Shown here: positions 24,118 through 37,514 of the stretch, piece after piece | Layout: each line of letters begins with the position of its first letter | Position numbering within the stretch: the first letter of the stretch is position 1 | Source: Nemertoderma westbladi | Taxonomy: Eukaryota > Animalia > Xenacoelomorpha | Direction: 5' to 3' | DNA: 64,000 nucleotides | NCBI GenBank assembly: GCA_032718475.1 | Contig: JAUCBJ010009154.1 | Location: forward strand, 1-64,000 | Program-made: the position numbers and the translations under genes | The notes under the pieces: model-generated | Told to the model about the DNA's origin: nothing | Databases searched by the model: none | What the model saw: the letters and a program-made list of their open reading frames with translations, nothing else

Positions 24118-27100
24118 ACATATTAAAGAATAAACGGAAACTACGCGACTCAAACTCCACACACGGTATATATGTCTCCCCAGATCTGACCAAACTGCAG
24201 GCAACACAAGCATATGTTAAACGACAAGAAGCCCGTAATGCCCGGTCTGCAATAAGTAACCCCAGTCTTCTGCAAAATGGTACACCAATAATTGAAGCTT
24301 CCATTAACTTGCCCTCACAATCCTGAAAACACGTGCACTCAGCCACTGCATCTCTGAATGATATTAAGGCTAGGCCTACACATTCCCAATATAATGTTAC
24401 TGCTGATGATGATGATGTAAATAACAATAAGACTGTAACCCCAACCCTTATTTGCATGAATTGCCGATCAATCCGGAACAAACTTTCAGCTCTGCAATTC
24501 CTTCTAACCATTCATATGGGAAACCCGCTCATAATCTGTCTTACGGAAACACATCTTATTAATGATGAATCGGACGATATATTCTCCTGCCCTGAACTGA
24601 AAGACTTTATTATATTTAGACGAGACCGCCCGGGGACAACTAGCTCCAATCGTGGTGGTGGTGTTGCAATGTTAATATCGCAAGTACTTCAACCAATCAA
24701 GGTAGATTCTCCTTCAGTAGGTGAGTCTTTATGGGTCGATTTATATGCATATAAAATGCCAATGCGGTTGGGCACAGTATACATTCCTGATGTAACTGCT
24801 GATAACATTAACTGTATAACTTCTGACTTTGAACTGTTCTGCCCTATAGAACTTACGCGACCTGTTATCATAACTGGAGACTTTAATCTCCGCCATATCG
24901 ACTGGTCCATCCCAGCCCCATCTAATCAATGCCCATACCCAACTGTGGCCCAGCGATTTATTGATTCGATCTCTGACAGGTACCTAACACAACTGGTTCT
25001 AGAACCTACTCACACAGAGGGTGGTATCTTAGATCTTGTTTTCGCGACTGATCCGATGCTGATAGGTGATACGGCTGTTGGCAACCGCTTTGGTATTGGG
25101 GATAAACTCAGCGACCATTTTGTTATAACTTGTTCGGGGCTTCCCCCTATAAATAATGGAAAGCTCCCCACCAACCGGACTAGAGATTGGTCCAGAGCCA
25201 ATTGGAATGAGATATGTGGTACTGCTTCGATGATTGATTGGTCTGACGTTGTCAACCCAAATTTGTCACCTCAAACAAACATTGAATCATTTGAGTTTAT
25301 TCTACACTCTATTGTTTCGGACTGTGTACCCCTATCCACACCCAACTCACGAAAGGAAATCCCTGCGATAAAGAAGCTGCTACGCTCTATTTCCCGTATT
25401 AGACAAAAACTGAAACTCTCTTCCCAACCATGGCGCATTAAAGATCTCCAAGATAAGTTACTGGCACTGAACAACAAATTGGAAGCAACATATCTTCAAT
25501 CCCGAGCTGATAACGAAAACAGAATTTTGAGACACAAAAATTCTAAGAAATTCTGGAGATACACCAAATCAAACCTCCATCGGAATAGTAATGTTTCCTC
25601 TTTGAAGGATCCTGCTGGTGTTACAGTTACAGGCGACAATGAACGCGCCAACTTATTAAACACGACCTTTCAGGCGGCCTTCACACAGGACAATGGATTA
25701 AATCCGCCACAACCCACCAAGCACCCTCCAGCTCAGAATCTATCAAACATACAATTTGACAAAGTTGAAGTGTATAAAATTCTCAGTAAGCTCAAAGTTA
25801 ACAAAGCTGCTGGCCCTGACAGAATTACGGCTGTACTGCTCAAGAGTATTTCTGTTTGGGTTGCTGAACCAATCAGCTGCCTCTTTCAACAATGTTTCGA
25901 TTCTGGTTTTGTCCCTGCATCCTGGCGGTTGGCCCACATAATTCATATCTTCAAGAATAAAGGCCCACGCACTGATCCGTCAAACTATCGACCTATTTCT
26001 CTAACAAGTCTACTGGTAAAAACAATGGAAACAATAATACAAAACCGTATGATTGCATACTTAGTCCGCATAAAGGTCATCAGTCCCCACCAACACGGTT
26101 TCCTCAAATCAAAATCAACTTTTACTCAACTACTTGAATGCAGCCTCGATTGGGCTACATTTCGTAACTCGAGTGTTGGTGTGGACATAATCTACACAGA
26201 CTTCAAACGTGCATTCGATAAAGTTTCACACACAAATCTTATATCAAAACTTCAATCATATGGTATACATGGCCAGCTGTTGGTCTGGCTCTCTGCCTTC
26301 CTCGCTGATCGCTGGCAACAAACAGTAATCAATGGGTCTCTATCCTCCCCCGTTCGTGTTACCAGTGGTGTTCCACAAGGGAGCGTTATTGCACCATTAT
26401 TATTTATTGTCTTTATAAATGACATCGTTGAGTCAATATCTACCAACACCTTTATCAAGATGTATGCAGATGACACTAAATTGTATCGTCCAATATATTC
26501 CCCAACAGACTCATTAGCACTTCAACAAGATATAAACTCCTTGGTTTCATGGTCCTCACAGTGGCAAATGAATTTTAACATTAAAAAATGCAGTGTTGTT
26601 CAACTGCAAGCCCCACAGGTACATACAATACGGAGCTACTATATGGGTGATACAGAACTAGCCAATTCGAAAGAAGCCAGAGACCTAGGAATAATTATTT
26701 CCCCTGACCTTCGTTTCAGTGAACATGTTGCTCAAATTACAGCCAAAGCAAGAAACACCTGCTGTCAGATCCATAGAGCGTTCGGTCACCGTGATGCCAC
26801 ATTCCAATGGGGGTTATACTGTACTTACGCCAGACCTATAATTGAACACAATAGTTCGATATGGTGCCCTAGTCTCGTTAAAGATATAGACATTCTAGAA
26901 TGTTCTCAGCGATCTTTCATCCGTTACCTTCCTGGTATGTTTGGTCTCAGCTATGCCGACAGACTAGCAAGGTTCGATGCTAAGCCCCTGGAATATCGCA
27001 GAATATTCAATGACTTAGTCGAAATGTTCAAACTAATAAACAGTCTGAGTCCCCTCAGTGCTACTGTAACAAAATTTTTCGGCTTGTTACGCGATCAACC

Positions 27101-27565
27101 AGAGGAAATGGGTGTAAGATATTCCTTCCACGATCAACAAATTGTATATTTCAAAATCATTTCGTAGTTCGGCGTATATCCGTCTGGAACAGTCTCCCAT
27201 CCAATGTAGTTCTATGCACAACTGTGTCATCATTTAAATCCCGCCTCGATAATGTGGATCTTCTACCTTACTGCAAGGGCTCTTGGAAGAACACGATGGA
27301 CACTGTTTAACCCCACACCCCGTAATTAACAGTTCAATATCCTATAATAATTTAGTTGTTAAAGTTATATTTTAAAATTATGTTTTTATCAATATCAATA
27401 TAATATTTTTATTATAATTATACTGTATATTTATTTTACTTAAATTACTCTGTGGTGCCTCATGCACGGCTGAGTGCATTTTATTGCCCTATGTACCGGT
27501 AATATTTCTTGTATGTGAAAATTTTAACTGATGTGTCATTAAATCAAATCAATTCAAATCAATTC
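24118..27565 (+). mobile_element. CR1-group LINE, 5'-truncated within ORF1, near-intact ORF2
   Basis: ORF1 remnant LKNKRKLR...IYVSPDLT...* (to 24326), ORF2 with APE endonuclease and RT, AT-rich 3' UTR ending in an (AAATC/AATTC)n tail at ~27540-27565. Confidence 0.9.
24333..27310 (+). CDS. LINE ORF2 (endonuclease + reverse transcriptase), one frameshift near 27075
   Basis: EN motifs NCRS, LTET, GGGV, GDFN, LDLV, SDH; RT motifs YRPISL, DFKRAFD, GVPQGS, YADD; after the shift the alternate frame reads STRGN...VWNSLPSNVV...FKSRLD to a stop at 27310. Confidence 0.92.
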
Positions 27566-28195
27566 TAATCAGGCCTATGTCAGTATGTCTGCATGTGCCT
27601 ATTAGACGGTTAGATCAATCTGTCAATAGTTCCCAAGCTGCCAAGTGAAAAGGAGAACTTTCCTACCGGTCGTGTTCTCGTGTATATAGTGCTGTAGTAC
27701 ATAGGCTGATAGGCAGATAGGCCTGTAGGCTGATAGGAGGGTTAAAAACATCTAAAAATCATAGGCCTTCCGCCTATCTGCCTATTCACAACTCGGCTCG
27801 GTTTGCGGCAGTGACAGAGTGAGGTGGTGAGTCTGGACGGCAGTGTGGTTGCGGTCTGGCGGTATATGCCTTTTCACCTTTTTACATGCTCCCGAAAATA
27901 CAAATCAAATTTTAATCTTATCTTATCTTAGGCCTATCTTCAATCTTAAGATAATAATGTAATGTAATATTCATTTGTATTACAGTATTACACTGTTTGA
28001 ACTGCGGCCGGAATATTTGTGTATGTTAGTCTACTGGCAGTTACTGGCTGACCGGTCTAGTCTGTAACAGCAAGAGCTGGATAGCAGGCAGCGGGATAGT
28101 GCACGCACAGCCACATGGCTGCATGGAGACCGAGTAACGGGTTATGATCAGATGATAAGACTTACAGACTAGGCTAAGATAAAGCAGTAAAGATA

Positions 28196-28836
28196 ATGTC
28201 TTTTATCGGATTGCCGACCATATATACCGGGAAGGTGTGTCTTCGCGCCGGAAAGAAATGGAAGCCACGAATCTGCCGGATATTAAAGCAAGTTAGCTTC
28301 GATCGCGAGCTCAAACTCGAGTTCCATAAAATCAGCTCAGACCTGGACCAAACAAGTTCTAATAAACCCAAAGAAACCTTATCTCTTCACGCTTGCGAAT
28401 ACTGCGGAATGCTCACCAACCTAAACGTCGACGGCTACCATAACGTCACCCTTATTATCTGCGCTAAACGCAACGTCTATCTCGCGTTCGATTCCTGGAC
28501 CGAGATGGACCACTTCTCCAGTAAGATACGGGGGGTTGTGGACCCGGAAGAAACCTTCCGGATTTTGTTACCTCAGACCCGGAAGGGTTTAACCGGACAG
28601 TCCAAGACTCTCGGCAACATGGACCATAGTAAGTCCGATCCCGCTATCCTGCTGTTTCACGGCTCGGTTTTCGCTATCTCGTGGCTCACCCCTCCGCGCA
28701 CCCTCGGGACTTGGTATGTGAGGGACTTGGTTGGCTACGGGCCCAGACCCCCGGGGTTCTACATTGAATCGAAGGCCAAGAAATATCCTAACTATTTTTA
28801 TTTTGAAGTTATTGAGTCGCAGAAAAAACTAGAAAT
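28196..28836 (+). CDS. DOK7: DOK7-like adaptor, coding exon 1 (PH and PTB domains)
   Basis: GKVCLRAGKKWKPR ~ DOK7 GQVKLRDGKKWKSR; LAFDSWTEM ~ LGFDSHEAM; PPRTLGTWYVRDLVGYGPRPPGFYIE ~ PPAVTGQWKLSDLRRYGAVPSGFIFE; gttagt donor at 28837. Confidence 0.85.
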
Positions 28837-29035
28837 GTTAGTATTTCCTGATATCGTTACATTCTATTAGATTTTTTTAATATTTTTTATTTAACCCTCA
28901 CCTCCCAGCCTCTAACTAGTGGGAATTCTTTATATCTATCTCTATTTTCCAATGCTGAAGAAAGGCATATAGCCTAAAGGGATTCCCTTCAATACCGGTA
29001 GTGTAATAGTATGATATCGACTTTATTTTCTCTAG

Positions 29036-29819
29036 TTTGATAAACCGGGCCAAGTCGTTGCTGGACTCGGAACCGAGCCACTCCTCCTCCCAGGGGAACT
29101 TTCTACGGCTCTCCTTCCCCGGGGGGCCGGGCCCCCTCCTCCAGGGACGCCGCCCCTCTGTGGGGGGCCGCTCCACCCTGCCCCGCCCCCCTCCCCCCCA
29201 CCAGGCCCCCTCCCTCCCAGGCCGCGTAATAAAACGCCGCGCCTCGCAACCCATCCCGCTGCCCCCTCGCGCGGCGCCCCCCTCACCCCCGCGTCTCTCC
29301 GTCCGCGCACGTCTGGCCCCCCACACCGATGGCCTATTCGCCCCCCCTCGGCCCCCTTCCGAGCCCCCCTACGCGGCGCGATCCTTCGAGGATAAACTCG
29401 ACGACATCCTCGAGGCTCGCAGCAACTCCCGCGGATTCTCTTCCGACGCGGATTCCTCTAAGGATATGTTCAGCGACTCGCAGGGCGGGAGTGCGACTAT
29501 GACGTCAGGCAACGAGAGTTCGGCTCCTTCGCGTCGCGAACCAATAGAAACCGTGGAGTTGTCCGACTTCGAGCCGGACTCTACTGAGTACAACCGACTC
29601 GCGGCGTCCCGCTGGCCCCCTGACCACTCCGTTACGCAACACAACCCGACGTACGCGTTGGTGGTGGACGATTCGCAGTCCGCCGCGGTTGGTTGCGAGA
29701 CGACCCCCTTACTGCGAGGGCGCTACGTGGAGGTTGTTAGCCAGACACCGCTCACCGGGGGGGATTCCTTCAACCAACCCAGAGCCAAGTTCGTCGAGAT
29801 TGTGTCTCCGTCCCCCGAG
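29036..29819 (+). CDS. DOK7: DOK7-like exon 2 (Pro/Ser-rich tail with Tyr motifs)
   Basis: ttctctag acceptor, phase-2 join (AT|T), GC-rich open frame with PxxP tracts and YNRL/NPTY/YVEV motifs, gtcagt donor at 29820. Confidence 0.75.
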
Positions 29820-29906
29820 GTCAGTTATATTGGGGGGGGGGGGGGGGGGGGGGTCCGATTTTACAGGCATTTTGGAAAGATTACTATTAATTATTACTGC
29901 TTTCAG

Positions 29907-29924
29907 GATTTACCCCCACTCCGG
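29907..29924 (+). CDS. DOK7: DOK7-like 18-nt microexon (DLPPLR)
   Basis: ctttcag acceptor and gtaaac donor, phase 0 on both sides. Confidence 0.5.
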
Positions 29925-30671
29925 GTAAACAATGAAAGTAAAAATAAAACACTAAAACGGACAAGAGCGTAATAAATTATTACTAAATATTTAGAACCTG
30001 TTTGGGACCATTCCACGAGAAGTGGTCCCAGGGGAAAAAATATTTATTCCTTCCTATCAAGTCATTGCATATCTTATAATATACATAGAAGGTCGAATTT
30101 TCTAGAACAGTGATTGTTTCTTAGTCATTCCATGTTATATTGAAAATATTTGACTTCAAAGTTTGCCCTAATATTGCAGTTATCAAAATAAAAATTGCGC
30201 TTATTATGAATTTGGCGGGAAATGATAAAAAAATTCATGTTTACTAAAACTTTTCTTGTCATTACATAAGTATTAAAGTTTAATGTCTGGAAAAACATCC
30301 AAAATGTAATTCTGGATAATATAGTTGTTACCAAATTGCGATTGAAATGTTACTTTTCGTTTGTAACACACGTAACATAATATAACTAGAAGTTTCAATT
30401 TCTAAGCTTCCACTACATTTGGTAAGCCATGGTTAAGCATAGAAAGCAAGAATGTTATGTGCTCTAAAATGCCACAAAGAGTAAAGTATGCGAATAATCC
30501 AGCAAATAACCCATGTCCGGCAATATGGATGGATTACCACAACATAGCTAACATTTTCGTTATTGGGGTTTTTCTGGTCGAGTATTTAAAATCCGGGATA
30601 CCGGCGAAAAATGTAATCCGTTCCGACTTATTCTGAACGGAATCCCGAAGGACAAATAGTTGAAATAACAT

Positions 30672-31097
30672 ATCCTGTGTGTAACACGAGTGTTACACAC
30701 GTCCTGTGTGTAACACCAGCGTCACACACGTCCTGTGTGTAACACCAGCGTTACACACGTCCTGTGTGTAACACCAGCGTTACACACGTCCTGTGTGTAA
30801 CACGAGCGTTACACACGTCCTGTGTGTAACACCAGCGTCACACACGTCCTGTGTGTAACACCAGCGTCACACACGTCCTGTGTGTAACACCAGCGTTACA
30901 CACGTCCTGTGTGTAACACGAGCGTTACACACGTCCTGTGTGTAACACGAGCGTTACACACGTCCTGTGTGTAACACCAGCGTGATACACGTCTTGTGTG
31001 TAACACCAGCGTCACACACGTCTTGTGTGTAACACCAGCGTGATACACGTCCTGTGTGTAACACCAGCGTGACACACGTCCTGTGTGTATCACCAGC
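30672..31097. repeat. 29-bp minisatellite (~14 copies) with an internal hairpin
   Basis: gtcctgtgtgtaacaccagcgttacacac; gtgtgtaac/gttacacac are inverted. Confidence 0.95.
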
Positions 31098-31924
31098 TGA
31101 AATGTTGATCCCTGTTGACTTCTATATGGGGAGATGCAAGCAGCACAGAGAGAAGGGGTATTTTAATTTATTAACTTAATTACGTTTCGATCAATTAAAA
31201 ACACATTTCTTAAAGCAAATCACTTGAACTAATTAAAAATCCGGCTTGGGAAATTTCGAAAATTTTGGCAGATTATTTGTGTACCAAGTTTGTTTGGATT
31301 GATCGAGTTATTAACGTTTAATTATTGACAGATCGACAGACACACCGATTGAGATAGTGGTATGCGTATGCTAAGCTCCTTCATTTTCGTGGCTCGCCCC
31401 ACATTATTACAATTATTTCCTGTTAGTTTAGCGTTGTAAATACCAGTAGTCTGCTTCCAAGTCATACGGTAAGATATTGTAGTTACTAAACCGGATTTCC
31501 ATATAGTGACACATACATACAGATTGCACACACTAGTTGTATATAATAGCGGTCGTGCACTACAACATATCGTTACGGATACATTCAACAACTATTCCCA
31601 AGTACGATTTACTTTAACCTATGATATCCAATCTATTTGCTATTAACAATCTTTGGAGTTTAACTTAAATAGTTTAAGAATCCATTTTGAACCTGTTATT
31701 GTTACATTTTGTTGTATAACAATATCTTATAATTTATGAATTGCATAAGTACATCACTAAAGGAAACTCATTATGTATAGAAATAACTTACGGGATAAAT
31801 ATAGGCAGTTGTAAGTCGATAACAACACAACCGATATCTCTAATGATAGCATTAAAATAAAAGGAGACTGAAGTTAATTAATAACATTTAGTATTTAACT
31901 TTATAGTTTATGTTTGTCTAACAG

Positions 31925-32196
31925 GTGAGAGTCTCTAAATCTTCCAAGGAGCCGGCGAGTCCGGCATTCGGATACCCCAACTCCGGCTCCGGCGCATCCA
32001 CCACCTTCCATGACACCGACTCCGCCATATCCTGCCAACCGGTCTCCTCCGATCTGGATCACCCGGTCTCGGAAGGCGACACCGGCTGCCATGGTTGCAG
32101 CGGACGCAGCAGTGCCCATAGCGACCCGACCCCCTGCCGTCTGCCATCCAGCCAATACGACGCCATGTTCAAATCGCTGTCCAGCGGTTCACTAAG
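31925..32196 (+). CDS. DOK7: DOK7-like internal exon
   Basis: ctaacag acceptor, GC-rich open frame VRVSK...HDTDSAIS...QYDAMF, gtgagt donor at 32197. Confidence 0.7.
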
Positions 32197-32283
32197 GTGA
32201 GTTTCCTTGTTCCAACGGTTCGTTAACTGTTCAGTTGAACCTCTTTAACCCGATGCTATTATTATTAGTTGTTTATCTACCAG

Positions 32284-32389
32284 GTTGCGTTCGTCTTCCG
32301 AATATACAATGATGTACGGAAAGTTAAAAAAGAAACGGACTAAAAGCGATACAACGCCAACAACAGCCGCTAGATATACCTCAAATAAT
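32284..32389 (+). CDS. DOK7: DOK7-like internal exon
   Basis: taccag acceptor, phase-2 join, LRSSSEYTMMYGKLKKKR...SNN, gttagt donor at 32390 in phase 0. Confidence 0.55.
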
Positions 32390-32829
32390 GTTAGTTGATA
32401 TTTAGTGGCGTATTCGGTGGCCAATAGGAGCCAAAACAACTCTAACTTAATACTATCAAACTTATATGGGTAAACAAATGTGTGAATTTGAGATAAAGTT
32501 AACGTTGATTTTACGTTATTACTCTTAGATGCATGAAAAATAGCATACCGAGTAATTTTTGATTTCGGGAATGGAATATAATCGCATTCGGTTCAGCGTC
32601 TTGAAATTCGTATTAAATGTAGCCAATAGGCCACACTATTAGTTTTTAAATAACAACAATTTTGAAATTTTGAAACTTTTTTCATTAAAAGAAAGTAGGA
32701 TGTCAAGGAAACAACCCCCCCCCCCCCCCCCCCTCCCCAATGCTGCCAATGGTCTAAACACCCCCGTGCTTATCGGGTTAAGTCTCCGACTTTCCAAGTT
32801 TCTTTCCCTTACGTATTAGACTTTCCCAT

Positions 32830-33097
32830 TATCCCAAGTAACAGAAGTCGTCCACATGCTCAAGCATACCATCCTTTGAGCTTATGCTCATCCGATCAGA
32901 GACTTGCTGAGGACTTTCAACGTTAACTGTCAAAATTGTGGTCTTTCTGGAGTTAATAAAAAGACCAACACTAGAAGCAGCCTGTTCTAATAAGCTGAAG
33001 AGCCGTTGGGCTCCCTCTAGTGATTCTGAGAGTACTCCTAAGTCATCAGCAAAGTCTAGATCAGTTAGGTACTTGGCAGGATTTCCTCGTCCTTTGG
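32830..33097 (-). mobile_element. RTE-clade LINE fragment (RT core), same family as 1975-2690
   Basis: Near-identical to ~2525-2625; the minus strand encodes RGNPAKYLTDLDFADDL. Confidence 0.8.
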
Positions 33098-33504
33098 AGC
33101 AGTTCTAGTAACAAATTATAGTCGATATTGTAACACGTAGAATTGGTTAATTTCCTATGTTTGATGAGAATTGAGTGAAAAAAAATAAAATAGTTAGAGA
33201 ATTTAGTGACGGGGAAATTTCAAAATCGACAAACTGAGAAAAAGGTTGTTTTATTAAAAAGAAAGGGTCATGAATATCAGCCGTAAATATTGTTGTTTTT
33301 GTTTACACAAATATTATACGAGAATATTACAATACAGTTACTAGAATCGGGGGTAGTGATAATTTATAGGTTAGCGAAGGTGAGTGTAGGATGTCATGGA
33401 ATAGTCATGGTCAGTGTATAATGGCCATGAATATGGGTCACACAATGTATAGTACTTTTATATTAGGGGGGGGGGGGGGGGGGGGGGGGGTCACCGTGAA
33501 GGAT

Positions 33505-34046
33505 ACAATTTGGAGGTTTTTTATTTTTAATTTTATCTAATACAGAATTTTACGGTGATTTTAATGGGTCAATCTGCATCGCATTTTCAAAATCCGGCCC
33601 ATTATTCTGTAGAAACAATCCTCAGCTACAACCTCCCACAAAAAAATGAAATCCTTTAAGAAATGACGGAGTTGATTTTTAGTAAAAAAAAATAAGCACA
33701 TAAGTTTGAATTTCGCGCTAAACCATTTCCTATTGGTTAATATTTATTATGTCAATATAATAAATAACCAATTGGTTATAATCGATAATTAAGACATGTT
33801 CTAAGGTCTAAAAATGACGCTGAGTCCATTTTTGCAGTGATAATTACAAAATAGTTAAGAATTAGAGATATATTTAGTTATTTAAATATAGTTATTATAT
33901 TAACTAATAATTTTATTAAATTAGTGGAATATTTAAATCGCTGTATCTCAAAAACTAAAAGTCGTATAGCGATGCAGATTTTACCATTAAAATCATCGTA
34001 AAATTCTGTATTAGATAAAATTAAAGATAAAAAACGTCCAAATTTG
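33505..34046. mobile_element. MITE-like inverted-repeat element
   Basis: aatttggaggttttttat..taattttatctaatacagaattttacg...ctgcatcgc is inverted at gcgatgcag...cgtaaaattctgtattagataaaatta...cgtccaaatt. Confidence 0.7.
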
Positions 34047-34178
34047 ACCCTGTACCACAGGAGATAGGATAATTATGATACGGAAATTAGAAAAATACAG
34101 CAAGTAATTACCGGTATGGACTCTCCAATAATCCGCGGTTGTGTTGGGGATTAGAAAACCAACGGAAATTAAATTCCA

Positions 34179-35610
34179 AATGGGTTCAACTATCTTACAT
34201 ATAAACTCCAGCTAACTATTACATTTGGGTTGAACTATCTTACATACAAACACCAGCTAACTATTACATTTGGGTTGAACTATCTTACATACAAACTCCA
34301 GCTAACTATTACATTTGGGTTGAACTATCTTACATACAAACTCCAGCTAACTATTACATTTGGGTTGAACTATCTTACATACAAACTCCAGCTAACTATT
34401 ACATTTGGGTTGAACTATCTTACATACAAACTCCAGCTAAGTATTACATTTGGGTTGAACTATCTTACATACAAACTCCAGCTAAGTATTACATTTGGGT
34501 TGAACTATCTTACATACAAACTCCAGCTAACTATTACATTTGTGTTGAACTATCTTACATACAAACTCCAGCCAACTATAACATTTGGGTTGAACTATCT
34601 TACACACAAACTCCAGCTAACTATTACATTTGGGTTGAACTATCTTACATACAAACTCCAGCTAACTATTACATTTGGGTTGAACTATCTTACATACAAA
34701 CTCCAGCTAACTATTACATTTGGGTTGACCTATCTTACATACAAACTCCAGCCAACTATTACATTTGGGTTGAATTATCTTACATACAAACTCCAGCTAA
34801 CTATTACATTTGGGTTGAACTATCTTACATACAAACTCCAGCTAACTATTACATTTAGATTGAACTATCTTACATACAAACTCCAGCCAACTATTACATT
34901 TGGGTTGAACTATCTTACATACAAACTCCAGCTAACTATTACATTTGGGTTGAACTATCTTACATACAAACTCCAGCTAACTATTACATTTAGATTGAAC
35001 TATCTTACATACAAACTCCAGCTAACTATTACATTTGGGTTGAACTATCTTACACACAAACTCCAGCTAACTATTACATTTGGGTTGAACTATCTTACAC
35101 ACAAACTCCAGCTAACTATTACATTTGGGTTGAACTATCTTACATACAAACTCCAGCTAACTATTACATTTGGGTTGAACTATCTTACATACAAACTCCA
35201 CCTAACTATTACATTTGGGTTGAACTATCTTACATACAAACTCCAGCTAAGTATTACATTTGGGTTGAACTATCTTACATACAAACTCCAGCTAAGTATT
35301 ACATTTGGGTTGAACTATCTTACACACAAACTCCAGCTAACTATTACATTTGGGTTGAACTATCTTACATACAAACTCCAGCTAACTATTACATTTGGGT
35401 TGAACTATCTTACATACAAACTCCAGCTAACTATTACATTTGGGTTGAACTATCTTACATACAAACTCCAGCTAACTATTACATTTGGGTTGAACTATCT
35501 TACATACAAACTCCAGCTAACTATTACATTTGGGTTGAACTATCTTACATACAAACTCCAGCTAACTATTACATTTGGGTTGAACTATCTTACATACAAA
35601 CTCCAGCTAA
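34179..35610. repeat. 45-bp minisatellite (~32 copies)
   Basis: tttgggttgaactatcttacatacaaactccagctaactattaca in tandem. Confidence 0.98.
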
Positions 35611-37204
35611 CCGATTTTTGTGTTAACCGATTTTTGTGTTAACCGATTTTTGTGTTAACCGATTTTTGTGTTAACCGATTTTTGTGTTAACCGATTTTTG
35701 TGTTAACCGATTTTTGTGTTAACCGATTTTTGTGTTAACCGATTTTTGTGTTAACCGATTTTTGTGTTAACCGATTTTTGTGTTAACCGATTTTTGTGTT
35801 AACCGATTTTTGTGTTAACCGATTTTTGTGTTAACCGATTTTTGTGTTAACCGATTTTTGCGTTAACCGATTTTTGTGTTAACCGATTTTTGTGTTAACC
35901 GATTTTTGTGTTAACCGATTTTTGTGTTAACCGATTTTTGTGTTAACCGATTTTTGTGTTAACCGATTTTTGTGTTAACCGATTTTTGTGTTAACCGATT
36001 TTTGTGTTAACCGATTTTTGTGTTAACCGATTTTTGTGTTAACCGATTTTTGTGTTAACCGATTTTTGTGTTAACCGATTTTTGTGTTAACCGATTTTTG
36101 TGTTAACCGATTTTTGTGTTAACCGATTTTTGTGTTAACCGATTTTTGTGTTAACCGATTTTTGTGTTAACCGATTTTTGTGTTAACCGATTTTTGTGTT
36201 AACCGATTTTTGCGTTAACCGATTTTTGTGTTAACCGATTTTTGTGTTAACCGATTTTTGTGTTAACCGATTTTTGTGTTAACCGTTTTTTGTGTTAACC
36301 GTTTTTTGTGTTAACCGTTTTTTGTGTTAACCGATTTTTGTGTTAACCGTTTTTTGTGTTAACCGATTTTTGTGTTAACCGATTTTTGTGTTAACCGATT
36401 TTTGCGTTAACCGATTTTTGTGTTAACCGATTTTTGTGTTAACCGATTTTTGTGTTAACCGATTTTTGTGTTAACCGATTTTTGTGTTAACCGATTTTTG
36501 TGTTAACCGTTTTTTGTGTTAACCGTTTTTTGTGTTAACCGTTTTTTGTGTTAACCGATTTTTGTGTTAACCGTTTTTTGTGTTAACCGATTTTTGTGTT
36601 AACCGATTTTTGTGTTAACCGATTTTTGTGTTAACCGATTTTTGCGTTAACCGATTTTTGTGTTAACCGATTTTTGCGTTAACCGATTTTTGTGTTAACC
36701 GATTTTTGTGTTAACCGATTTTTGTGTTAACCGATTTTTGCGTTAACCGATTTTTGTGTTAACCGATTTTTGTGTTAACCGATTTTTGTGTTAACCGATT
36801 TTTGTGTTAACCGTTTTTTGTGTTAACCGTTTTTTGTGTTAACCGTTTTTTGTGTTAACCGATTTTTGTGTTAACCGTTTTTTGTGTTAACCGATTTTTG
36901 TGTTAACCGATTTTTGTGTTAACCGATTTTTGCGTTAACCGATTTTTGTGTTAACCGATTTTTGTGTTAACCGATTTTTGTGTTAACCGATTTTTGTGTT
37001 AACCGATTTTTGTGTTAACCGATTTTGTGTTAACCGTTTTTTGTGTTAACCGATTTTTGTGTTAACCGATTTTTGTGTTAACCGATTTTGTGTTAACCGT
37101 TTTTTGTGTTAACCGTTTTTTGTGTTAACCGATTTTTGTGTTAACCGATTTTTGTGTTAACCGATTTTTGTGTTAGCCGATTTTTGTGTTAACCGATTTT
37201 TGTG
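35608..37204. repeat. 16-bp minisatellite (~100 copies)
   Basis: ccgatttttgtgttaa in tandem. Confidence 0.98.
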
Positions 37205-37514
37205 CAAGCCTGTTTACCATGTTTTAACTGTCGTTTCTTGTTTTGGTTCAGCCAATCTTCCTCTTTTCTTTACTAACATTCTTACAGAACTGTAATTACT
37301 TTTCGTCGGTAAAAAGGCAAAGGTCATTTGGTAAAAGGGCAATTTGTTTTATCTATATTTTTAGGTTGTTTATTTTCAAAAGGAAGTCATTTAATAAGTG
37401 TAATGCTGTAAAAAAAAAGAGAGCGACTTATTTATCCTCGGGCAAAAAAGTACCGTTATTTTATGTGGGATTATAAAGTATTCTTTATTAACCGCCCGGT
37501 TATTATTGACCCAG

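Noticed and set aside
28841-28849. Possible U12-type donor (gtatttcct)
   Set aside because: Does not match GTATCCTT, and the canonical gttagt donor at 28837 gives the correct phase
30672-31097. CRISPR-like palindromic 29-bp repeats (also considered for the 32-bp and 22-bp arrays)
   Set aside because: Head-to-tail units with no unique spacers, no cas genes, eukaryotic context
34230-35642. 470-aa repetitive ORF
   Set aside because: Translation of the 45-bp minisatellite, non-ATG start, located in a predicted intron
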